Source: Tubulanus polymorphus (Eukaryota > Animalia > Nemertea). From it: a DNA stretch of 64,000 nt. The position numbers and the translations under genes were made by a program. The stretch lies in assembly GCF_964204645.1 (NCBI RefSeq), contig NC_134034.1, positions 2,232,072 to 2,296,071 of the forward strand, read 5' to 3'. Positions 12,151 through 26,114 of this stretch are shown here, in pieces. Position 1 is the first letter of the stretch; the number at the start of each line of letters is the position of its first letter. The notes below the pieces were generated by a model. That model was not told where the DNA came from and made no database searches. It was given only the letters and a program-made list of their open reading frames with translations.

Positions 12151-13703
12151 TAGATTATTACGCATATAGGTCAAGCAGTATAACCACTGTCCGAGTGAAC
12201 TAGTACTTTTCGTCTAATGGTTTGCTGCCTAGTCAAAACGGATATGCTAGATAATGATCATTGAATGATGCGTTTGCGGACGACAATTTCAGGCACTAAT
12301 CTTCAGCTTCAAATTGGTACGGTTTACGTTCGTAAAAGCTGCCAGCAGTTGTTCCAAACGTGGGTATGACAAAAGTTTTATTCTCAGTTTTATCGAATCA
12401 CCTTGTCTCAGTTTGGAAATGCTGTATGCCAGACTGTAGCACTCTAAATATATGACAATAATTATAGTTGTTTCAGCGTATCCAGCCTAATTTGAATTCA
12501 TCAACATTTTTACTTTAATCCTTGCCTGTTAATTCGATGCTTACACTAACTAGGGATGGGCTATACAGTATATTCAATTTCAGTGGCATTTCGGTTTACG
12601 GGTTACGTGCTAATATTTTATTTTTATTTCGGCACTTGGTCGTTGGAGCTCTTCCAGATAACAGTCCTTGGTCATGTTCGATTATTGATATACGGCGAGC
12701 GATTTTCGATTAATCCCTCGATCATCGCGTCACGTAAGTTTTAAGAGCAAATTCACGCAAACTCATCGATGTCTTCGTAGAATATGTTGCACGTTTGGAA
12801 TATTTGTGTTTGCAGAAACACGTTTATATTCCTCCTCTATTTGACGTATGTTAATATTGAGTTTTTAATTGAAAATAAACGGTTCGAATTATGTACATAA
12901 TTACCTCGAAATGCATAAAATATCTCAAATTTCAATATAGAAGTAATTTCGACATCAAATTCCCACCTAGAACTACCTCGAATTTGACATAAAAATAACT
13001 CGAATATTTATGATTCAAATCTGCTGTCATAATTATCCTGCATATCACCAACAGGCTTTGTCACTAACCTAAAGCATAATGGTAAGCTTGTTCATTCGTC
13101 TACCGACATGTTCATATGTCAGATGATTTCATCCAGCAGGTGAACAAAAAATCAAAACCTTTCAATATAAGTGTAACAAACCTTTGTCATTCAGAGTTCC
13201 CTGATAACCATTATATATGCGGAGTGTACCAAGGGTGCACGGGTACACTCCGCTTTTTCGAGAAGAGTTTCTAAAACCCCGGTTTTGCGGAAAAATCTGC
13301 ATTGAACCCGTGTTTCGAGCGTAGTGGAGACGCATAACCACCCGAGTACAAAATGCTTTTATAGTTACGTAGCAAATTTGCCAGCTTCGATATTTATATC
13401 GATACTACATTTGTTATGCTCGGAAAAATTGTATATCAATTTTGGATAATTTGACTGTCAGCAGTTTGACGCAGCAGTAGTGTGACAGGCGTCACTTCGG
13501 TAAGATTCTCCCACGTGCTAGCCTTGGGGATCAAAATGTCATGCCACATACAAATGAACGTGGGCTTAAATGAGCTATTGAAATTCAATGCTAATCCGGG
13601 ATTTTACCATTAACGCCGGTTTAACATATATCTTTTAAATCGTATATGTTTTAAACACCACATCACTTTTGATAGGTTGCCCGTGAGGCAGATCTGTTCG
13701 AGC

Positions 13704-16700
13704 ATGGACGACGATGTTGAGATTACTTTCTGCCAGTTGTGGAGGGGCAGCAAAAAATGGCATATTCTTACTTACCTTTGTTGGGTAATTCCAGCTAACG
13801 TCGTGTTCGCTCTTATTTCGTTGTCAGTAGTTTTCACAGGTATGTTCAGGCGATGATCAAACGATTTGATAGTAACGCAATTTCTGAACGATTAGTGCTT
13901 TCGATTAACTATTTTTCTCATAATTTATCACGCTATGTATAAATGTTTGCAGGAGGCGTGCCGGAACACCACTGCACCGTCACAGACAATTCGTCGCTAC
14001 CGAGAAATAAAAACGGGCGGCCAGAATCGTGTCTCATCTACAGTAATCTAACCTCCGGTGATAAGACGGAGAAATGCTCAAATTGGACCTATCCTGATAA
14101 TGATTATGGAATAACAATCGTATCCGAGGTAATAAGTTTTCTATTTTTTTATCGCCCTCATCCGTAGTCAGATCGATGATATCGATCCAAATGTCTTCTA
14201 AATATTCTTGCTATTACCAGTGGGATTTAGTTTGCGACCACGACTACCTCAGTGAACTGTCACAGTCATTCTTCATAATGGGCGGAATAGCTTCTATGTT
14301 ATTCGTATCGCCGCTTGCTGATATCTACGGAAGGAAACGTTTATTTCTAATCATCAACGCGTCACTGGTTCTTTCTGGCATCGGGGTCGCCTATGCCGTG
14401 AACTACGTCATGTTTGCGGTGTTCCGAGTTCTAACTGGCATGGCCGGCGAGGTACGTAGGCTATGTACCGCCTTGTTTCTAGATAGCGACCATGGCCCAG
14501 TTTCACAAACAGGTTTAACTCATAAAATCGGTTCAATTTCTTTGTCTTATTCAGTTTATCGTAAATCGATTTAGGCCTTAATCATTTTTGTGAAACTGGG
14601 CTCATGACGCTTAAAATGTCATCATTCATCGTTGACCATTACCTCTTTATCGAATTTTAATGATTGAATAGTTATGAATGAATAATCATAGTACCGGATT
14701 CACTGAACCTGGATAATACATTGACACGTCCATATTATCCACCTTCATACTTGGCGGTTAATTATCGAAAAGGCATATTTCAGGGATCCGATAAGTAACT
14801 AACTTATGTTCTTGAAATGAAATTAAAATGTATAGTGGTTACAGGCCTGTTTGAGGATTTCTGTCGTCGCTGTTGTTGAACTGTTTCCAAAAAATCTACG
14901 AACGTTTGCTGGTCAGATAATGTTTGTATGGTGGAGTATTGGAATGATGATTCTCGATTTGATGGCCTATTTTATCAGGAATTGGCGGCACTTGCAGCTC
15001 GCAGTGGCTCTTATGCCAGTCATAACAATTGTTGATATTTGGTTAGTTTTATTGTACATCCGACGTGTTTTATGTCATCTACACTTTTGGTCAGTGTTTG
15101 TCCCTGTCGTTGAAGGTTGATACCCGAATCCGTGCCGTGGCTTTTGTCAAAAGGAAAGGTAGAACAAGCCGAAGAAATCGTCAAAAAAGCGGCCGCTTTT
15201 AATCGAACGAAACTCGCGGAACATCCGTTTAAAGCTGAAGTTAAAGAAGAGAAGGAACTCGGTCGAATGACTTTATTCCGTGAACCGATTCTTAGACGAA
15301 TTACGTTCGTTCTGTTTGCTTTATGGTAGGTTTGATCGACAACGCCACGCGCTGGATTGTACCCGTAGTTTGAAAGTGTTTCCCTCGCATCTCGGTATTT
15401 CAATTCTAGATTCACATTTTCATCGAAATCATCCTTTTTTTTCTATTGGCCAGGTTTATCAACAATCTAGTTTACTATGGCTTATCACTATCCGCTGCTG
15501 TACTAGCCGGTGACCGATTTTTGAACTTTTTCCTGATGGCTTTAGTAGAAATACCTTCTACCGTTTTCTGTCCGTTCATTTTAGAAAGGTAAAGTAATAA
15601 ATAAATTTCAACAATTTTTATTTCTAAATTAAGGTCTATCAATATTAATCGTGCACGGTCCCATAATATGCCATCAGAGTAACACATGGTACCACAAGCG
15701 CAGGTTAGATTTTTCAGTTATTTCCATCTAAATGCATGTTTTTTTCTACATATATGTTGCATATATTTCAGTCGAGCTGGGCGACGTATATCTCTAACTA
15801 GTTTTCATGTGATAGCCGGTATTTCACTTATTCTACTCGTATTCGTACCGCCTGTTACGGGTAAGAAAAATATATACATGTACATAACGAATATGCCGTA
15901 TATCGAATGTAATGAATTATTCAGTATTATCAAAATGCTTAAAAAATATGCAAAATGAGCAGCTTTATTTTGACAATCCCGTGTTAATCTCTCGTTTCAG
16001 AAGATGGAACAAACCTGGTACCTTTATCTATATTTTTGACTTTAGTTGGTAAATCCAGTATTATGGCCTCATACAACGCCGTAACCCAATACAGTTTGGA
16101 GTTGTACCCGACGTTGGTTAGGTAATATTTGAAACTATCGCAAAGTGTTGCTATTATATCTAATCAATCATCTTCGCCTGTCAAGGGATTCGAACCCACT
16201 ACGCTAAAGCTGTTCGCCGAACCCCTTGACCTCACGAGTCGTTGGAGTCGTTACTAGCCGACCAGTATCCGGTCGTACCAATCACAGCGCTTGTAACAAA
16301 CGACTTAAGGCTTCTATTGGTTTTCTTGTCAAATGGACCAATCAGCGAACGTTTAACTGAACAAGGAAGTATCTCGCAAATCGATGTATGACGTCATGCG
16401 CAACAGCACCAGTAATGAAATCACGCTTCGTGGGGCCAGGGGGCTGGTGGAAGCGAGTTCGGGAGTGATACTGGACCCCTGGCAAGCGAGGGTGCTAATC
16501 AATGGGATACCCGCGGTACTACTGTGGCGATCGAGGATTCCACGTATGGCAGGCGAGGACCGCCAGGTTCGCTAGTAGATAGTTGGTCGTCCGCGTTCGA
16601 TTTCCTAATCAGAATCAACTTTTCTCTTAGACGAATCAATTATTCATATACCTATACCGATATCCGATTAGAAAAAGGAAAGTATTGTATATTTTGTGGG

Positions 16701-17790
16701 TGCTGCGATAATATATGGATTCGGGAGTCTAAAAATCCATGGAAAATCAACTAATTTTGGCAGCGGACGACCTACTGCTCGTCACGCCATCTGGCGGGAT
16801 AGCTGGTTTGCGGGTACCCCACTCGTATGATCATAATTCGTCCAAATTCGAACGATCTTGCTTGGCCAAGCTGATCTATCGAGTTTACGCGCGCGCCGCA
16901 ATATTGGGTATGATAGATACCCAAGGGCTGTTGTTGTGGAGTTGCCTTCGGTTCTCCAACAATGTTGTGGGGTTGAGTTTCTCAACCAATTGTTGTGGGG
17001 GCCACGTTGCGTTCTCCCCTCGTGTTGTCGTTGTTGGTTCCGATTAATCCGATAAGTGATATCCCTCTGACTCCGGAATAATAACAACTCTTCTCGTGGG
17101 TCTACGTTCTTTCTTTATTTTCCCGCACAATTCTTATTCCTTCCTACAGCTCGTATTTTTAGGCGTCTCCGCCACTCTAGCATCTCTCTCCCCCTAACTG
17201 TGCTGACCCTCCCTTTTTATCTTATTTCATGTTACTCGTGACGTATACTTCTACATATGTTATACGTCACGAGTTTATTACTTGTTTACTTCCTAGCCAT
17301 ACCAGAGCTCAAGGCTGCCGCTATAACCAGCAACCTTACGCAGATACTCACGTCACTTTCACCTATCTTCTATTCAGTGTCTTGTGTGCGACGTAAGCAT
17401 CTACGTAGGTTGTTTACTAACTTTAGCCACTGCCCTGAACTCTGGCTTCCCTCCCTCTATGCAAACTACTAATCTATCACCCCAATACTGTATCCTCATC
17501 ATGCCGGATTGACATTCTATGTATTGTTTTTCGATTCATTTCAAGGAATACTGGATCTGGAACGTCATCGTTTACTGCTCAGGTCGCTGGTACTTTAGCG
17601 CCATTCACTGTTTATTTGGTAGGTACATCATTATAGGAAATGCATCATTTGTTCCTAATACAAAATGACTCTACCGCCTCAATTTATCATATAAACCTTA
17701 GCAGGTTTCTTCATGTTTCCCTCCATCTTGAATTTTTGTATTTGTATTACTTCGTACGATTATTATAATTCAAAATGGAAAAATAAAATT

Positions 17791-17824
<34 letters not shown>

Positions 17825-18148
17825 CATTATAGGAAATGCATCATTTGTTCCTAAAACAAAATGACTCTACCACATCAATTTACTAATCAAAATCAATACA
17901 TGATATTTCAGGCGCGTTCGGTACCGTGGGCTCCCGGAGTTATTTTCGGTATTTTGTCCCTGTGCGCGGCGGCACTGGTGTTGCTGTTACCGGAAACTAG
18001 AGGACGGCCATTACCGCAGACTATTGAGGACATGGAACAATGGCATTTACCGAGTTTATCGTGTGGTTCATTGAACAGAAGCAAAAAGAACGAATCCGCG
18101 AATATCAAGAGCGACGAAGAAAAGGAACAAGTGAATACTTTACTTTGA
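13704..18148 (+). CDS. SLC22 family organic cation/anion transporter (MFS), 10 coding exons, ~534 aa
   Basis: Exons 13704-13839, 13953-14128, 14221-14451, 14845-15041, 15116-15325, 15454-15588, 15772-15860, 16001-16121, 17546-17618, 17912-18148 total 1605 nt and stay in frame. SLC22 signatures: PEHHC, TIVSEWDLVCD, LADIYGRK, ELFP..LR, IRNWRHLQ, PESVPWL, NNLVYYGLSL, ELYPTLVR, LPETRG.PLPQTIED. AATAAA at ~18215. Confidence 0.93.
14493..14603. mobile_element. Harbinger-like MITE in SLC22 intron 3
   Basis: TIR GGCCCAGTTTCACAAA ... TTTGTGAAACTGGGCT. Confidence 0.6.
16169..16494. mobile_element. Second copy of the 7385-7713 TIR element, in SLC22 intron 8
   Basis: Near-continuous similarity to 7385-7713. 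Confidence 0.7.
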
Positions 18149-18599
18149 ACTGTTGGGTCTAGGATCGTTTCTGCTTCGATATATGCTGTCGATCAACACT
18201 TTCTGATGACTATCAATAAAATTTTATCCGACTATCGCGCAGTTTTGGGTTTTGGATTTCATACCCTCTGGACCCGAGAAACAAATGCTAGAGATTTTCT
18301 CAGCCCCTCTTCTACCCGTTCCAGGTCGAGAGATCGACAAGTCAATTCAAAAATGGAAAGGAGATAATCCGATCGTATTACATTTATTGACCCGCGAAAA
18401 CAAATATCATTCTCTCCTACCCCGTTCAAGATGCGGTTTGAGTTACGCTAAACCGTCTTTCAGGTGCTTCTTACGGTTTTCGTTTTGTCATAAATGGGCT
18501 CGAAGATCTTGCGACGACGCAAATCTGGTGTCTAATTGGATGGGTAAGTCTATTTAAAAAAATGCTCATTGCCCAAACACATAGGCCCTATTTAATATT

Positions 18600-18860
18600 A
18601 AATCTCCGAGACAGGTTGGAGTGTCAAATAAAACTATATCAAAAGCAGATAATAAATGCTTATAAATATTAGCACAAATAAAAATACAAAATGCGAGAAG
18701 TGGTTGTTGAAACCTCGGCGTTGTTATTGATGAAAACCTTGCTTCCACGAGTCATTTTTTGTGGAAGTGCTTATTACCACCTATACTGCATAGGCAACAT
18801 TCGACATCTCACGGTTTATATCATCATTTGAGGCTTTCGAATCATCGGTCAAAAGATTTC
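18600..18860 (+). mobile_element. Degraded L2/CR1-like reverse transcriptase fragment
   Basis: AACCTCGGCGTTGTTATTGATGAAAACCTT encodes NLGVVIDENL. It is followed, out of frame, by YCIGNIRHL. Both resemble the post-RT region of L2/CR1 ORF2. Confidence 0.4.
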
Positions 18861-20147
18861 AATTTCGAGAACATTATCTCGAATATCTACTGCTTGTTGT
18901 ATGAATTTATCTAGTTGTAAAAAGCTATGGAATAGATCGTTAACCGCTTTTCAATGCAAATTAGATATAACCCGTTACGAATCAAGCATAATTATCCGCA
19001 TTTATGGCAAGAATTGTTTCCCCGATATTTTCACAATAGCGATATCATCACCGCTTCGTAATTTTCACGCGGAGTATGGTAACAGGTAGACATCCGCAAG
19101 AAGCGGGCACGTGATTCAAGTATATAGAATAAAATCACCATCGCTTGCCAGGGATCGATTAGTAACCTACCAACGAGTTTGTTCCCAAGTCAGAAATGTA
19201 TCGGCGCCTTGAGTCAACATGTTGCGAATGAGAATCCACCAGGTGTCACTGCTGCGCGGTAGGACATCGGCAATCGGGTGGCAAGTGAGGATCAACCAAG
19301 TGGACATCAACTATCTATCGAGAAAATCCCATTAAGGCAGGTGGCTCCACCTGGTGCAGTGATTTACTGTTGAATATCAACTGCTGTTCATTCACTAGTA
19401 GTAAACATGAGTCGCAACCAGCATTCAATGTCCGACTGCACACTAGCGACACCTAATGGATGCTCATCTCTATTCCCATAGTAGTTGATGTCCTAATGTT
19501 CACGAGCGACACCTGGTGGACCTTCACACACCCGATTAGAATAGTGCGCAAATCCTCACTTGCCACATGGTGTGTGAATGTGTGAAATCCTCGATTCCCG
19601 CAGTAACCTTGTAAGACAACCAGAATAGAACGACTAACTACTGGCGACACCTGGTGGATCCCTACTTGCCGCAAATGGAATCCTCGACTTGCGCACTTAA
19701 TTGCGGATACGCGCATCAAAATAGAGAAAGACTTGAATTAATTGCAGATTTATCACAGATACACCCGTCAAAAAACATAGATTTGAGTCAAAAGCAGATT
19801 TCGAATTTGAATTGTTTTACCATTAAAAACGAAGTCGTTTAATTCACCGGCGACGAGTGGTTTGACCTAAAACTAGTTTTTGCGGCAGCGTGAATAATAT
19901 GGGTAGTTTTATTCTCGCCGGGATGTCGTGGTTTCTATCGCGATGGAGTAAAATTGATTCGGTGCTTGAGAACCTGAGGCTCGCTGTTATTCGTCCGCAC
20001 ACAAACCAAATTTACTGACATGTGATACTATTGCAAAATTCAATATTTGAATAATGAGTTATTGAAAACGCTCGGTGACGGATGCATCGGTCTTTGGCGC
20101 AGTGTATGAAAAAGTTCACAAGTTTGGATTTCAGCTACACTCGCAGA

Positions 20148-23100
20148 ATGGGTATCGCAACTACCAAGGTGTGTTTGCTGATGACAGCCTTTTGTAAGTA
20201 TTCTCATTAAATAATATTCCAGGTATTTGCGCAAAAATATCCGTCGTCTTATTGAACACGAACATTATTGTACAATCTTTTCGACTAGTATCAATATCAA
20301 TATTGTCATTATCACAATAATCATTAGCATTATCGTCACATTAGTCTTCCTATCATTATCATTATCACTATAATGATTATTATTATTATCATTATTTTTT
20401 GTTTGATACGACATTTTGAATAAATGACCAAATGACAATTATTATCCCCATCCTAAAGCCAACGTGCTCTTTGTTGATGTCGATAGATCAGAAAAAATGT
20501 TCGTAACGTCGAGAAATACTGATTAAAAAACGTAACATTATTTTGATTTTGCCAGGTAAGACAAAAAAAAGACCATTATACCATAGACGCCATAGTCGAT
20601 CGTTAGATCCACTTAAACGATATCGCATGATTGGGGATGTAGAAACTACGTGAGGGCTAAACAGCCAGGTTACTGAACGGCTGAACTGAGTTCTTGGGGT
20701 TGTAGGAACTGCTGGGATCAGAATAATTGCCAAATTTAGAATTTAATTGTTTTCACTAACCATCTTATCTTTAAAATGGTTTTTCAGAAATTACATTAGA
20801 AATTCGGTAAATGTTTTAATAGCTCAATCGGTCTTAGATATCTAAGTCATTTCACCTTGAAATTTAATGTGAGGGCGAGCGTCGTGACGATCTGTTCAGC
20901 TGAATTTTCAAACGTATTTGGGAATATCGCCGCGTGGAGTAAAGCACCTGGCATCGTGTATCCGAGCGTCTCCTATACGACTGAGCAAAAACTGCCTACA
21001 TTTCCAAATCTTCTTAACTTCCAGTTTCGGTCGGTCGAGTTTGCATCGCTCGGGAGAATTTGGCTTTGGGCAGACCGACGAATCAATGTAAAACCACCAA
21101 ATACAAATATCGGTCGTCGTTAGCCGTAGATGGGGATCGATGGGGTGCGTCAACTCACACGTCAGGTTGGAACGGACCCGGTGCTTCTTGGTGGAAAGTC
21201 GATCTCGATTACTTATACACGGTGACCAGTGTACTACTAGTTAACAGAATACAATACGGTAATTAATTCGACATTCATTTTTCTCACTTCATTTACTCAC
21301 TCACAGCACCAATCGGAAAATAGTTAAAGTCTCCGTTCAGCCCTTCGTGGGTTCTTCATACCCGATACAGAGAAGAACCTTAAACAAAAAATGCTCCTTC
21401 CATCGGGAGTCGAACCCGCAAGCCTGTGCTGGTTTGGACCCGAGGATTACCTTTGAAGGGCTTGCGATGCGTTTTATATGCACTTAAGTACATTTCTTAT
21501 CATAGTAACGGTATATTTAGTAGGCGTATCAGCAATAATCTCAAGGTGTATTCAGGAAACATGATGTTTGGGGTGGACGCATTTTATAGTGTTTCCAATT
21601 GGAAAACTAAAGTCAGTGAAATGTTAGAGTTCCATAAAAGAGGAAATCAAAAAATTTCGAGGTTCTTGTAGAGGGCCCATAATATCCCCTGGGTCTGCGC
21701 CTGCAACGTTTGATTACTGGTGGTAGTGTTACCAGACCAAATATAGCACCTTAGAGCTAATTGTACGTGACGTCATATTTTCATTCGTTATGTAGTAAGC
21801 TAAATGGTGATATACCAACAATAGATGATCAATATGGATTTACAAGCTTTGAGAGTCTGTCATATCATGTTTGGCTACCAACATGGCGTAGCCACGTCGC
21901 AAAAAACACATGGCTGAATAGCTTGTATTGGCGATAGCCGCAACCTGCCGCTAGCTAGCTTATTCAGTGTATCAATTTCCATAAGTACTTTAAAGAAGTA
22001 TTTCAGCTTTTATTAGATCTGATAACTGATTAATAATATTTTTCAGCGGGTCGTCTGCGAGAATTTAAAATTCTGGTCACCACCTGCGAGTCTCCGCCGA
22101 ACATGGATCTATCAAATATTCGTCAGGATGTAATTTGTGCCGAACAGCAAGCGAAAATGGGGTCTGGAGAAAAAAAGGAGTTCCCCTGTTCTAGTCGCCC
22201 GGTCGGAAATAGGGTAATCGTAACAAAACCGTTCTCGACTGACGCTTTAACCTTGCGTGAAGTGGAGGTTTACGGTAAGAGAAAGATGTTATATAGATTT
22301 TATATACATAGTATATTGTTATTTACGTCATTCAGTAATGGTGACATTTTATAAGTGTTTTAAGATATGAAAAGATAAGATGATTTATTACTCTCAAACC
22401 ATTTCATGTTTATTTATTTATTTATTGTATTTACCATTACATGTATCAGAGGGACAACACAAAATGTACAGATGTATAACACGGTATAAAAAATTACAAA
22501 TTCAATAACACAATATACTTGTTTAAATGAACAAACAGAAAATGACAGTAACTAATTAGAACTATCCATATCATTAGAACTATCTACGATTACGATTTTA
22601 TTTACACTCCGACCATTTCCATGGTATATGGAGGAAAACTATTACACATGTATATACAAACATTTACAAAACAACACTGAAGTGATTATTAAAGTTTAGA
22701 GAATGAAAACGTAACAAAATATAAATATATATACATCAACTCTGGATGTGTTTAGAAGCGCCACGTAGCGGCAAATAGCGGTATAACCAGATGGTAGTTT
22801 TTACTCGCGTATACCTAAATATTAATTAAATTAATTAATTATTAGTTAAATATTCTAACCATGCTTTAGTCAATATCTGCTAATGTATCATCAATTACTC
22901 GTTCCAACTATTCCTAGGAATTCTACGATTGATAATTTTGGTAAAACTGAATAGAATTGATTGTTTATTGCATAATTTGAACACCGGTCAGATACCAAGA
23001 AGGTCAGTCGTATATATAGAAATATTGAACGTTACGTAAGCATACTTACCTGGCACAGGGGTGCTCACCGTGATCTGGAAGGCGGTGCCCCTATGGCGAG

Positions 23101-23896
23101 GCCTGTCATTGCACAAAGACTGGTTGACCCATACGATCTCCCCAAATGTGGGAGACTCGGGTGTACAATTTCTGGTAGTGGGGGACTGCGTACGCGCTAT
23201 CCCCTCTATAAACAGACTAACATCAGACATTCTTCTCCCCCACGTAGAGGACAGCCTATCCATTATAAAGGGGATAGAAAGTTTAGCACTGTGTATTAAT
23301 GAACCAGAACAGGTTTTCCATCCAGAATCTACTTTAAAGCAATTAAACACTGTGATGAACATCTGATTTCATTCCGCAGACATAGAGCTGGTTATCTTTC
23401 GCGTGTAATCAGGACTTTCGTAAACGCGCAATAAAATTATCGGTACCCCTACTCTACTCCCTAGTGTCAAAACAATTCTACAGTTTAACCATTGACCCGG
23501 TAGTCAAATCTTAATCTGCAGGCTTTTTCGAGTTTTGTATAAATAAACGAAAATTGTCCATTTTCAGGCATCGCATTCGCACCGACACCGACTAACTGTG
23601 ACGGGCACGATAAAGGAAGTTACGTCATCAAAATGTATCCACGTCATTCTGAGTGGACAGATAATGCGACGACTCCGCAAATATTCGACACTTGTAGATC
23701 TCGCATTGAATGCACCGCTAAATGTAACCGTAACGCCGACTGTACAGGGGTCACGTGTAAGCGCATTTCCGGTCAGTTGAAATGTCAAATGTATACAGCA
23801 GTTACAGGCAGCTCTGGGTTAGACGTCACAGATAATCAAACCGATACTTCTTACTATAACAAACAGCGGCAAGCTCTGCCGATAGACGGCTTTTGA
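20148..23896 (+). CDS. Secreted F-type lectin (fucolectin/F5-8C fold) + PAN/apple protein, paralog 1 (no mucin stalk), 4 exons, ~278 aa
   Basis: Exons 20148-20193, 21025-21258, 22047-22274, 23568-23896 (837 nt, in frame). Signal MGIATTKVCLLMTAFFSVGRVCIA. FTL motifs [50 protein letters not shown]...DCTGVTC.....KC. Confidence 0.88.
22982..23041 (+). promoter_or_regulatory. U1 snRNA upstream promoter region (PSE-like block plus TATA-like element at -31..-24)
   Basis: About 60 bp upstream are conserved between the two U1 copies (ACACCGGTCAG...GGTCAGTC.TATATATAGAAAT...GAACGTTACGTAAGC), while the flanks further out differ. Confidence 0.6.
23042..23205 (+). ncRNA. RNU1: U1 spliceosomal snRNA (variant), copy 1, sense in intron 3 of F-type lectin paralog 1
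   Basis: 5' end ATACTTACCTGG; U1A loop ATTGCAC; SL3 CTCCCCAAATGTGGGAGA; Sm site AATTTCTGG; terminal stem GGGGGACTGCGTACGCGCTATCCCCT; 164 nt. Confidence 0.95.
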
Positions 23897-26015
23897 TTTA
23901 AGAATTCGTGACTCGAGATTTTTTTTATTATTTTCATGTGCAAGTAGCAAGTAATTTTGATTGTTCAGTTTGTTTTCTTTTTCTGTTTGTTTCAATAAAT
24001 CTATCCATCCAAACTATAATGGCGACAAGTGTTCGCAGTTTCTTCTCGTCTTAAGGATAAGGTTGCGAGAGAATCAGCCGGTTTCGGCAAGGACTCTTGA
24101 GTCCATGGTTTCACGTGGTCAAAATCTCAATGTTTCAATTTTGAACTATAGATTCGTAAATTCCCTATCAAAAAACCTCGTCAAAAGTAAAACCGTTTTA
24201 TTATCGGCATTTTCATCGATGTTTGATCTACTTGAAGAGAAAAAAAAATCGAGAGTCGCTTTTTCTTTTGAAATTTAGAGATAATTGAATTTTTCCTCGT
24301 TACCAAAAAAAGGTGAGAGTTTGAGGTACATTAATTACTGTTTCTAATAACTATTGTTATTATCAAAGAGTATGAAAACAATCACCAGGAACTTCGATAA
24401 GCTTATATTTCTTGGCAAAATCCGAATTGCAAATAAGTGCAAAATTAATACATTAGGAAAATTTCGTAGAAGGCTATTGAATGAGATTTTTTTTCAATCT
24501 GATTAATTCTGATTCTGCTTCGTTTACGGCCCATGCGATAATACTAACTATTCCGATTAATACGATTATTCGAATTGTGAACTGATTACTAATAAACTAG
24601 GTTTAACTCGACCTTGAACCGTTCAAGTATGTCTGATGAATATTCTTCTATTTCACGCTGCGTTGTGTTTGCATATCGTTTCACTTTCCTCGATCGATAT
24701 TTCGTTATCGCGTCCTCGTCCGGTAACGAGGAATCACGCGACCTAACGGTTTTGTCAATTAAACCCTGTATGAAGCGACGATGAAATATTTTTAATCGCT
24801 TTTATCTCAGTAGATTTTGAAGATATCGGCAAAACAATTTCGACACGAAATACGGGTAACGATACTTGATTGTTCTTCTGCTATTCATCGTTAGATTCAC
24901 ACCATACGAAAGCCATCGGGTATGTCAATATCATGATGGAAACCTGACTCGACGAAATGAGGATTTCACTCGTGGCAAGTGAGGATCCACCAGTGTAAAT
25001 TGCGTGTAAATAGTCGCTTCAATTTCATCCACTTTTCAATAAGGATCCGACAGCGTTACTGTGGCAATCGAGGATTCCACATATGGCAAGCGAGTGATGT
25101 CCTACCAGGTATTGCAAGTAGTTAGCCGATCATATTCAGCAGGTTTCTCGTTCCCCTCAACCCACTAAGCTTCACTCAGGGGTATTATTAGCAGGTTTGA
25201 GGTTTCTTGTTCCTTTCAACCCGCCGAGTAACCCATCTCCCGAGTGGACTAAATGATTTCAATTTTCATAATCGACACCGCCTTCCAGCGACGCCCTTCT
25301 AACAGCGAGGGTCCAATTCGTGGGTGGTTTCTTTTTATTGCTTCAAAAATGCTTCGAAATCAACCGCTCGAATTTCCGCACCGATGAAGAATTCGGCAAC
25401 AGATTGACAGGTTAATCGACGATTATGGAAGGATTTAAATTCCGTGCGCGGAGATTTTTCAAATTCATAAACAAAGATGTGACATCGTTGGATTTAAACA
25501 ACTAATGCGCCTACAGTACCCGCTATATATGAATATATGTTTATTGAATGAGATTAAGTCGTTTTTGAATAATGCACGTCCTTAGATGTTATTCAAAACA
25601 TGATTTCAAATCATTTCAAAGTCATCATAAAACGGCAAGGTTCGTTGTTAAAAATATTGCATGTTTGTACGGTACCAAACAATGGGACCGCATTGGAATA
25701 TAATTCCTCTTCGTGTATTTTGGATATAATGCATTTGAGACGTCGCATAGGCGAGAGGCAGGTGTGTCCCAGGTTCGATTTATCGAGTCGTCCAGGGTAT
25801 GATTTACTATTTCCATTATAGTTTTGTCCTGAATCTAGAATTTAATGGTTGGATCTGTCGTATTGGTACCGGTGTTTATACGGGGACTTTTTTTAGAGTC
25901 GTTCATTATGAATTCAACAAGTATTTTACATTTATTCCAGACTGACGCAGATTGACGCGAAAAATATCCGGACATACGATAGAAATAAGCCTCTTAAACT
26001 GTATGGGAATTATTG

Positions 26016-26021
26016 TATAAA
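26016..26021 (+). promoter_or_regulatory. TATA box of the cysteine-rich peptide gene
   Basis: TATAAA about 100 bp upstream of the ATG at 26115. Confidence 0.55.
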
Positions 26022-26114
26022 CCCCCCCCCCCCCGCCGCATAGATCCTGGTTCAACGTCACTCTTTAAGAGAGAATAAACACACACGGGCGCTGAATATC
26101 ATCACTCTATAAAC

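Noticed and set aside
16740-17510. Possible LTR/PBS-like segment (TTTTGGCAGCGG) in SLC22 intron 8
   Set aside because: No paired LTRs, TSD or recognisable coding motif could be established by eye.
23061-23366. 101-aa ORF duplicated at 39764-40072
   Set aside because: The shared part is the U1 snRNA sequence, not a protein.
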